A stretch of 64,000 nt of DNA from Deltaproteobacteria bacterium Ga0077539. GTDB lineage: Bacteria; Myxococcota_A; Polyangia; Polyangiales; Ga0077539. The notes beneath the pieces were generated by a model. The model saw nothing but the letters and a program-made list of their open reading frames with translations, did no database searches and was not told where the DNA came from. The stretch is taken from positions 62,864-126,863 of the forward strand of contig LNEO01000143.1 in assembly GCA_001465015.1 (NCBI GenBank), given 5' to 3'. Each line of letters opens with the position of its first letter. The stretch's first letter is position 1. Position numbers and translations under genes: made by a program. Shown piece after piece: positions 55,846-64,000 of this stretch.

Positions 55846-58800
55846 CTCTGCCAGTCGTGCATCTCGAGGTCGTCGAGCGAGAGCTTCTCGATCGCTTCGA
55901 CCACGGCTCGCGCGAGCTGCATGTTCGTGATGAGAGGAATGTTGCGGTCCACGGCGCGACGACGAATCAAGTACCCGTCGGGTCGTCCGTCACCGTCGTA
56001 CGAGCGAGGGATGTTGATCACCAGGTCGATCTTGTCCTGGTTCATCAGGTCGACGGCCGCGGGCGACTTGTTGTCGCTGTGTTTGTAGGCGATTTCGCAC
56101 TCGATCCCGTTCTCGCGAAGGACGTCGTACGTGCCCGGCGTGGCGTAGAGCAAGAGGCCCATCGAGCGCAGGATCTTGGCGTCCTCGAGGAAGCGCAGCT
56201 TCTCTGCCGCCGGACCGAGCGACAACAAAACGCCCTTCTTGGGAAACTTGAATCCCGTCGCGACCAGCGCCTTGAGCAGCGCCTCGTTGAGGTCGTTGCC
56301 GAAGCAGCCGACCTCGCCGGTCGACGCCATCTCGACGCCGAGCGTGGGGTCCGCGCCCGCGAGCCGCGAGAACGAGAACTGAGCGGCCTTCACCGCGACG
56401 TAGTCGAGGTCGAGCGCGCGGTTCTGCACGGGCCCACGAACGCCGAGCATCCTCCGCGTCGCCTCGCGAATGAAGTTGTTGCCGGTCACCTTCGACACGA
56501 AAGGAAAGGACCTCGACGCGCGAAGGTTGCACTCGATCACCTTCACCTCGTTGTGGCGCGCGAGAAACTGCATGTTGAAGGGGCCCGTGATCTTCAGCGC
56601 AGCGGCGACGTCACGGGCGATCTTCTTGATGCGACGAATCGTCTCGATATACAGCTTCTGCGGGGGCAGAACCAAGGTCGCGTCACCCGAGTGAACGCCG
56701 GCGTTCTCGATGTGCTCCGAGATCGCCCAAAGGACGATTTCGCCCTCGTCGGCGACCGCGTCGATCTCGACCTCCTTCGAGTTCAGCCACCACCGGGTGC
56801 TCGGGGCTCACGTCCGTCGCGCGAGTCAGGTAGTTGCGCAGGTGCTCGCGCTCGTGCGCCACGGTCATCGCCGCGCCCGAGAGCACATAGGATGGTCGAA
56901 CGAGCACCGGGTAGCCGCCCAACGACTCGGCGATCGCCTCGGCGTCCTCGAGCTTTCCTGTGCTGGTCCACCTGGGTTGATCGATGCCGAGCTTGTCGAG
57001 AAGGCCGCTGAATTTCTCGCGGTCCTCCGCGCCGTCGATGCTCTCGGGGCTGGTGCCGAGGATCTTCACCCCGGCGCGGTGCAACCGAATCGCGATGTTG
57101 TTGGCGACCTGACCGCCCATCGAGACGATCACGCCGTACGGGCGCTCGCGCTCCCACAGCTCGAGCACGTTCTCGAAGGTGATCTCGTCGAACACGAGCG
57201 AGTCCGAGACGTCGTAGTCCGTGCTCACCGTCTCGGGATTGTAGTTGAGCACGATCGTCTCGAAGCCGAGTTCGCGCGCGGCGAGGATCGCGCTGACGCA
57301 ACACCAATCGAACTCGACCGAGCTGCCGATACGATACGCGCCCGAGCCGAGGACGAGCACCTTCTTGCGCCAGGACGGCTGAACGTCGTCTGCTTGCGCG
57401 TGGTACGTGAGGTACAGGTAGTTGGTCTCCGCGGGATACTCCGCGGCCAACGTGTCGATCTGCGCGACGTGGGGGCGGATCCCGTTGCGGCGGCGCAGGT
57501 CGCGCACGATGTCCTCGGTCGTGCCTGTGCGCTTCGCGATGCCCTTGTCCGAGAACCCCTGCTTCTTGGCGCGCCCGAGAGTCTCCGCGCTGAGCTCTTT
57601 GCCGGCGTGGTCTTCGAGCTCGCGACCGAGCCGCACGGTGTCGGCGATTTCGCTCAAGAAAAACTCGTCGATCCGCGACAGGGCGTGGACCTCGTCGATC
57701 GTCATCCCCTCGTGCAGCGCCCGCGCGACGGCGAACATGCGCCGTTGGGACGGCTCCTTGAGCTCCTTGCGGATGTCGGTGAACTTGAATTTATGTGGGT
57801 CGATGCCGTCGACGCCGATGTCGATCATCCGAAGCGCCTTTTGCAGCGCTTCAGCGAAGGTCTTGCCGATCGACATGACCTCGCCGACCGACTTCATCTC
57901 CGAGCCGATCTTGTGCTCGACGCCCACGAATTTCTCTAGGTCCCAGCGAGGAACCTTGCAGACCACGTAGTCCAGCGCTGGCTCGAAGAACGCGCTCGTC
58001 CGCCGCGTGATGGCGTTGGGCAGGTCGGGTAGCATATACCCGAGCGCGAGCTTCGCCGCGACGTACGCGAGCGGATAACCTGTCGCCTTCGACGCGAGCG
58101 CCGAGGAGCGCGACAGCCGCGCGTTGACCTCGATGACGCGGTAGTCCAGCGAGTTGGGGTCGAGCGCGTACTGAATGTTGCACTCGCCGACGATGCCCAG
58201 GTGGCGGATCGTCTTGATCGCGATCGTGCGAAGGAGCTGGTACTCCTCGTTGTTGAGCGTCTGCGAAGGGGCCACGACGATCGACTCGCCCGTGTGAATC
58301 CCGAGCGGATCGACGTTCTCCATGTTGCAGACGGTGATGCAGTTGTCGCGGGCGTCGCGGACGACCTCGTACTCGATCTCCTTCCAGCCGCGCAGCGACT
58401 CTTCGACGAGCACCTGCGGCAGGCCCGAGGCGAACAGCTTGGGCAGGGCCGACTCAACGTCGTCGTTGGTCTCGCAGATGCGCGAGCCCTTGCCGCCCAG
58501 CGCGTACGCCGCGCGAAGGATCACCGGGAGGCCGATGCGACCCACCGCGGCGCGCACCTCGTCTTCGCTGTGGCACGCCTCGGCGCGGGCGGACTTGACG
58601 TTGATCTCGTCGAGCCGCTGGACGAAGCGCCGGCGATCCTCGGTGTCGCGGACGGCCTCGATCGGCGTTCCGAGCACGCGGACGCCGTATTTCTCGAAGA
58701 CCCCGGCGGCGTCGAGCGCGACACCACAATTCAACGCCGTCTGTCCGCCGAAGGACACGGTAATGGCGTCGATGTCCTCGCGGACGATCACCTTCTCGAC

Positions 58801-59028
58801 GAAGTACGGGTCGACGGGGTGGAAGTACACCTTGTCCGCGAGCTGGTCGCTCGTCTGGATCGTGGCGATGTTTGGGTTGATCAGGACCGTGTAGAGGCCC
58901 TCTTCTTTGAGAGCTTTGATCGCCTGCGAGCCCGAGTAGTCGAACTCGCCCGCCTCGCCGATCTTGAGCGCGCCAGACCCGAGGATCAGCACGCGTCGCG
59001 GCTTTTTCGGAAGATATTGACCGAACAT
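55812..59028 (-). pseudogene. carB: Carbamoyl-phosphate synthase large subunit, split into two frames (781-aa and 287-aa ORFs) by a frame break near 56781-56793. This could be a real frameshift or an assembly indel.
   Basis: The N-terminal ORF reads ...SPEHPVV and then turns into nonsense ([15 protein letters not shown]...). The other frame is open from 56806 and reads [46 protein letters not shown]..., which continues CarB. The combined length of ~1068 aa equals a normal CarB. Confidence 0.85.
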
Positions 59029-59043
59029 CGTGTGCTCCCTCTC

Positions 59044-60150
59044 TCAGACCCGCGTCGAGCCGACGAGGCGCAAGAAGTCATCGAACAAGAACGCCGCGTC
59101 CTCGGGACCCGGCGCAGCCTCGGGGTGAAACTGCACGCTCGCCCAGGGCCTGGTGCGGCAGCGAATGCCCTCGTTGGACCCGTCGTTGACGTTGACGAAC
59201 CACGGCTCCCACTCGGCGGGAAGCGACTCGTCGTCGACGACGTAGCCGTGGTTCTGCGAGGTCACGTAGCAGCGTCGCGTGAGCAGATCCTGGACGGGCT
59301 GGTTCTGCGAGCGATGGCCGTACTTGAGCTTCACGGTGTTGCCCCCGGCTGCGAGGCCGAGGAGCTGGTTGCCCATGCACACGCCGAAGATCGGCTTTCC
59401 CGAGGGAAACACCGCGGTCTTCAGCTGCTCGACCGTGCTCAGCATGTCCTTGGGGTCGCCCGGTCCGTTCGAGAGCAGAACGCCGTCGCACTCCTTCAGA
59501 TACGGCCGCAGGTCCTTGTGAAACGGAACCCGGATCACGCTCGCGCCCCTCGCCACGATCGACCGAACGATCGAGTCCTTCGCGCCCGTATCCACCAGCA
59601 AGATCTTGAGCGGACCGCCCTCGTAGCGAATCACGTCCGGCACCGTCGTCATCGCGCACACGCGCGCCATCTCGACGTGCTCGGTCTTCGCCCGGGCGTC
59701 GACCGGGCTCGTCTTCTGATCGACCAGAAAGCCCTCCACCGTCCCGTGCTCGCGCAACTTTCGCGTCAGCGCCCGGGTGTCTACGCACTCGATCGCCGGG
59801 ACACCCTCGCTCGCGAGCCACTGTCCGAGCGTCCGCACGTTGTCGTAGTGCGACGGGTTGGGGCTGTGCCGCAACACCACGAGCCCCTGCACTTGAACGC
59901 GTCCGCTCTCGTACTTGTCGCGCAGCTCCGCGAGGGGTTCGATCTTTCGCGGCGCCGGGACCCCATAGTTTCCCTGGAGCGGGTAGGTCAGAACCAGAAT
60001 CTGCCCTTTGTAGCTCGGGTCAGTCAGCGTCTCGACGTAGCCCGACATTCCGGTGTTGAACACCACTTCGCCCGAGACCTCGCGGGCTGCTCCAAATGAG
60101 CGTCCCTCGTACACGGTTCCGTCAGCGAGCAGCAGCTTCATCGCCTGCAT
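59044..60150 (-). CDS. carA: Carbamoyl-phosphate synthase small (glutaminase) subunit
   Basis: [39 protein letters not shown]; catalytic [22 protein letters not shown]. Confidence 0.92.
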   Translation of the reverse strand: [368 protein letters not shown]

Positions 60151-60283
60151 CGACGTCCTCGCGCGATCGGCGGCGGTGCGAGAGAGATTGGGAGGTCCGC
60201 CGAAAGGCGGCGCGGTCGTACACCATCGCGACGCGCCGCGCTACGAATTGGCGACGACCATCCCTATACTCGCGCCCCACACC

Positions 60284-61342
60284 ATGCACGACCGGTTTTT
60301 ACGCGCCTGTCGACGGGAGCCCGTCGACGTCACCCCCGTTTGGTTCATGCGTCAGGCAGGCCGCTATATGCCCGAGTATCGAGCGCTTCGAAGCAAGTAC
60401 TCGATGCTCGAACTCTGCCGAACGCCCGAGCTCGCCGCGGGCGTCACGCTCCAGCCCGTTCGCGCGCTGGCTGTCGACGCGGCGATCTTGTTCGCAGACA
60501 TCCTTCTGCCGCTCGAGCCGATGGGCGCGCCGTTCGACTTCGCCAAGGGCGAAGGTCCGGTGATCTTCGAGCCCGTCCGCCGTGTCGAAGACGTCGAGCG
60601 CCTCCGCGTGTTCGAGATCGAAGAAGGTCTCGGATATGTCCTGCAGACGATTCGGTTGCTTCGAACCGAGCTAGAGGGGCGCTGTCCTCTCATCGGCTTC
60701 GCCGGCGCGCCGTTCACGCTGGCCAGCTACCTGATCGAGGGCGGCAAGAGCTCGCACTTCGAGAAGACCAAGTCGTTCATGTACTCCGAGCCCGCCGCGT
60801 GGAACGCGCTGCTCGACAAGCTCGCCGAGGTCACGCGCCGCTATCTCCGCGCGCAAATCGAAGCGGGCGCCGAGTGCGTGCAGCTCTTCGACTCGTGGGT
60901 CGGCCAGCTCTCGCTCGATGACTACCAGACGTTCGTCGCGCCTCACGTCAAGAGCGTGCTCGAGGACGTTCAGCGCACGGGCGTTCCGGTGATCCACTTC
61001 GGCACCGGCACGGCGACGCTGCTCGAAGCGATGCGAGACGCCGGCGGGACGGTCATCGGCGTCGATTGGCGCCAGCCGCTCTCGACCGCGTGGAGCAAGA
61101 TCGGCCACGACCGCGCGGTTCAGGGCAACCTCGACCCATGCGCGCTCTTCGCCCCCTGGCCCATCGTCGAGGCGCGCGTCAAAGCGATCCTGGACGACGT
61201 CGCGTCGAGGCCCGGCCACATATTCAACTTGGGCCACGGAATCCTGCCGACAACGCCGGTCGACACCGTCAAGCGCGTCGCGGATTTCGTGCACGCCTAC
61301 GCCGGTCAACGCACGGACGGCTCCGCCGAAGCGACGACGTGA
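60284..61342 (+). CDS. hemE: Uroporphyrinogen decarboxylase
   Basis: RFLRACRREPVDVTPVWFMRQAGRYMPEYRALR is the canonical HemE N-terminus. ...IFNLGHGI lies near the C-terminus. Confidence 0.92.
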   Translation: MHDRFLRACRREPVDVTPVWFMRQAGRYMPEYRALRSKYSMLELCRTPELAAGVTLQPVRALAVDAAILFADILLPLEPMGAPFDFAKGEGPVIFEPVRRVEDVERLRVFEIEEGLGYVLQTIRLLRTELEGRCPLIGFAGAPFTLASYLIEGGKSSHFEKTKSFMYSEPAAWNALLDKLAEVTRRYLRAQIEAGAECVQLFDSWVGQLSLDDYQTFVAPHVKSVLEDVQRTGVPVIHFGTGTATLLEAMRDAGGTVIGVDWRQPLSTAWSKIGHDRAVQGNLDPCALFAPWPIVEARVKAILDDVASRPGHIFNLGHGILPTTPVDTVKRVADFVHAYAGQRTDGSAEATT

Positions 61343-62729
61343 GCAGTTCGGTTCGACCCTCAGCTCCGCCCGGCGCCCGTTCGATCGCCATCATCGGCGG
61401 CGGTATCGCTGGGCTCACCAGCGCCTACCGCGCGACGAAGAAGTGGCCGTCGCACAGGGTCACGCTCTTCGAGGCCTCCGAGCGCGTGGGCGGCCCGATC
61501 GAAACGAGCTTCGAGCAGGGTTTTCTCCTCGAGCGCGGGCCCGACGGCTTCGTGCGCTCCAAGGGCAGCGCGGAGGCGCTCGCCCGCGAGCTGGGCCTCG
61601 GCGACGAGCTCATCGAGACGCGGCCCGAGTATCGCAAGCTGTACCTCTTCAAGGACAACGAGCTTCGCGCGGTTCCCGACGGGCTATCGCTGGTGATTCC
61701 GTCGGACGTGGGCTCGTGGCTCCGCTCGCCGCTCGCGACGAGCCGAGGCAAGGCCTCTGGGACCTCGTTCTTCCGCGAAGGACCACGAGCGGCGAAGAGA
61801 CCATCGCGTCCTTCGTGCGAAGACGCCTCGGCGACGAGGTCTCGTCGCTCTTCGCCGAGAGCGTGCTCGCCGGCATTCACTCTGGCGACCCCGATCGACT
61901 CAGCATCGACGCGACGTTTCCGCAGCTCGTCGCGATGGAGCGCGATCAGCGCTCGCTGATCCTCGCCGCGCGCAAAGCTCGGCTCTCTCGTGGGTCGAGC
62001 GCGCCCGTGAGCGCGTTTCTCTCGCTCGCTCGAGGGATGGGATCGCTCGTCGACGCCCTCGTCGCGAAGCTCCCAGCAGGGACGCTGCGCCTGCGCGCGC
62101 CGGTTCGCGCGCTCTCGATCGTCGGCAAGCGATGGCTCGTGCACACCGAGCGCGGCGCCGAGTCGTTCGACGCCGTGCACCTCGCGCTGCCGCCTCGCGC
62201 TGCGGCGCCATTGCTCTCGCAGATCGCGCCGGACGCCGCGCGGCTGCTCGCAGCGGTTCGCCACGTGAGCTCTGCGGTCGTGCTGCTCGGGTATCACCAA
62301 CGACAGCTCGAGCGCACCCTCGATGCGTCGGGCTTCGTCGTCCCTCCCGGCGAGGACTGCGAGCTCACCGCGTCGACGTGGCTGTCGCACAAATGGCCCG
62401 GCCGCGCGCCGCAAGACCACGTCCTTCTCCGCGGATTTCTCGGAGGAACGCGCGACCCCGAAGCGCACACGCTCCCCGACGACGAGCTGATCGCCCGCGC
62501 GAAGAAGGGCTTCGCTCGCACCGTCGGGGCCCATGGTGAGCCGGTGCTCTCGCGGGTGGTTCGCTATCCCGTCGCCAGCCCGCAGATGGAGCTCGGACAC
62601 CGCGCTCGCATCGAGCGCGTCGCGCGCCTCGTGGCAGAGCTTCCCGCGGAGCTTCACCTCGCGGCCGCCGGCTTCAACGGCGTGGGAATCCCCGACACGA
62701 TCCGCCAGGCCCAGAGCGTCTGGCCGTAG
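61339..62729 (+). pseudogene. hemY: Protoporphyrinogen/coproporphyrinogen oxidase (HemY family, FAD) with a single frame break near 61750-61760. This could be a real frameshift or an assembly indel.
   Basis: The N-terminal frame begins at GTG 61339, which overlaps the hemE stop (GTGA), and reads IAIIGGGIAGLTSAY...LFEASERVGGPI...WLRSPLATSRGKA. The second frame continues LWDLVLPRRTTSGEETIASFVRRRLGDEV...GIHSGDPDRLS...FNGVGIPD. One missing nt in aaggcctctgg would join them. Confidence 0.8.
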
Positions 62730-62738
62730 CCATCGCCG

Positions 62739-63329
62739 TCAGGCGCTGCCGCCGCCCGAGCGCACGAACGCTCCCGGAGCGACCCCGATCGAGCGTCGAT
62801 ACGCCCTGTCCCACAGCTCGCTCAGCTCGCCGCCGAAGAGCAGCTCTTCGTCGAGGTCGCACGGGAGCCAAGCGCCTTCGCTCACCTCGCCCTCGAGTTG
62901 CAACGGGCCCCAGCCCGCGTAGCCGAGCAACAGGTGAAAGTCTCTCGGCTCGGCGCCGGCGAGCACGGCGCGAAATGCATCGACGTCACCGCTGACCGCG
63001 ACGTTGGTTCCGATCGCGATTTCACCGGGAATCTCCACGTCGATCCCGCGCCGTCGATACAGCATCCAGCCCGAGCTCGGCGTGACCGGGCCGCCCCGAC
63101 GCGCCTCGCGCTCGAACGCAGGAGACCTCGGGAGCTTCGACACGTCGCTCACCAGCTTCGATTCGACGAGGAGCTCGCCGACGACGCCGCACTCTTCGCC
63201 GTTGACCACCCAGCCGAGCGCGCCGTCGTCCGAATGTCGGCCGAGAATCACGACGCTCTTTTCGAAATTCGGATCGCCGAGCCGAGGCGCAGCGAGGAGC
63301 AGTCCGGGAGCAAGCGATCGTAGGCTCAT
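62739..63329 (-). CDS. YqgE/AlgH family protein (UPF0301/DUF179)
   Basis: LLLAAPRLGDPNFEKSVVILGRHSDDGALGWVVN...GGPV...LLLGYAGWGPLQLEGEVSEGAWL. Start at ATG 63329. Confidence 0.8.
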   Translation of the reverse strand: MSLRSLAPGLLLAAPRLGDPNFEKSVVILGRHSDDGALGWVVNGEECGVVGELLVESKLVSDVSKLPRSPAFEREARRGGPVTPSSGWMLYRRRGIDVEIPGEIAIGTNVAVSGDVDAFRAVLAGAEPRDFHLLLGYAGWGPLQLEGEVSEGAWLPCDLDEELLFGGELSELWDRAYRRSIGVAPGAFVRSGGGSA

Positions 63330-63462
63330 GGGGTGAAAGCGGGGCCTCCGTGCGACGAACCCGAGGATACCCCGGCTCGCCGCCGCTCGCTCGTCCACAG
63401 CGCGCGATCCGTCACGTTGGTCGGTGACGCTCGGTGTCCCGGCGTTATAGAACTCGCGCGTC

Positions 63463-64000
63463 ATGGCGAACGAGTTCGTGTTCACGATGCACGATGTGCG
63501 AAAGGCGTACCCCCCGAACCGCGAGGTTCTCAAGGGCATCACGCTCGCGTTTCTGCCAGGCGCCAAGATCGGCGTCCTCGGCAACAACGGCAGCGGCAAG
63601 AGCACGCTGCTCCGAATCATGGCCGGCGTCGACAAGGACTTCGCTGGCGAGGCAAAGCCGACCGCCGGGATCCGGGTCGGCTACCTCCCGCAGGAGCCTG
63701 CCCTCGACGAGAGCAAGGACGTCAAAGGCAACGTCGAGCTCGCGGTCGCGCACATCCGCGCGTTGCTCGTGCGCTTCGAAGAGCTCGGCAACAAGCTCGG
63801 CGAGGCGATGAGCGAGGCCGAGTCCGACAAGGTCATGGCCGAGTACTCGCGCGTTCAAGAAGAGATCGACCGCAACAACGCGTGGGAGCTCGACCGCCAG
63901 CTCGAGATCGCCATGGACGCGCTGCGGCTTCCGCCTGGAGACGCGCAGGTCAAGACGCTTTCGGGCGGCGAGCGCAGGCGCGTTGCCCTCTGCCGAATCC
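63463..64000 (+). CDS. ettA: ABC-F ATPase, EttA-like translational throttle; the 3' end lies outside the window
   Basis: I translated this by hand from ATG 63463: MANEFVFTMHDVRKAYPPNREVLKGITLAFLPGAKIGVLGNNGSGKSTLLRIMAGVDKDFAGEA...LSGGERRRVALCRI. It is collinear with E. coli EttA as I recall it. It is absent from the ORF track because there is no stop before the window ends. Confidence 0.85.
   Translation, partial: MANEFVFTMHDVRKAYPPNREVLKGITLAFLPGAKIGVLGNNGSGKSTLLRIMAGVDKDFAGEAKPTAGIRVGYLPQEPALDESKDVKGNVELAVAHIRALLVRFEELGNKLGEAMSEAESDKVMAEYSRVQEEIDRNNAWELDRQLEIAMDALRLPPGDAQVKTLSGGERRRVALCRI

Overview
This is a very GC-rich, gene-dense chromosomal segment; I did not compute the G+C content. 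It holds about 50 protein-coding genes and I found no rRNA, tRNA, CRISPR array or intact mobile element. The gene content suggests a Myxococcota-type genome: two eukaryote-like Ser/Thr kinases, many lipoproteins, receiver/histidine-kinase proteins and Pro/Ala-rich linkers. That assignment is an inference, not a database result.

Most of the window is housekeeping:
- Envelope and nucleic-acid functions: a yfgM-like/bamB pair, comEA, recG, greA, valS and the 5' part of ettA.
- Tetrapyrrole synthesis: cobA-hemD, hemE, hemY.
- Other metabolism: a NifS-like cysteine desulfurase, a methylmalonyl-CoA mutase large subunit, carA/carB, L-asparaginase and an amino-acid ABC transporter.

Many adjacent genes are coupled by 4-nt ATGA or GTGA stop/start overlaps, which I used to choose start codons. 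The six-frame track is full of long antisense or out-of-frame ORFs rich in Arg/Ser/Ala/Pro. These are the usual high-GC artefact and I did not call them.

Items worth a second look:
1. A 1.2-kb non-coding island (3606-4797) with AT-rich palindromic pockets, a twice-repeated GGCCTTCGCC...ACAGAATTCTGT motif and tandem 12-mers.
2. A translationally coupled three-lipoprotein operon (35170-38890) built from seven Cys-pair modules with no catalytic domain.
3. A ubiquitin-like sulfur-carrier cluster (41874-45678: CysK, E1-like, Ubl ending GGR, an orphan E1 N-terminal-motif ORF, CysM, JAMM).
4. A protein combining a HARE-HTH domain, a roughly 300-aa D/E/R/G linker and an Mrr-like nuclease domain.
5. 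Twin tail-anchored CCHC zinc-ribbon mini-proteins coupled to a lipoprotein.
6. A nested hairpin upstream of a kinase gene.
7. carA/carB with sequence signatures that I recall as eukaryotic CAD-like.

Three conserved genes (the sulfatase/HEAT protein, carB and hemY) show single-site frame breaks. The simplest explanation is indel errors in the assembly, but I cannot exclude real pseudogenes. All functional calls rest on my recognition of motifs in the translated ORFs; no searches were run.
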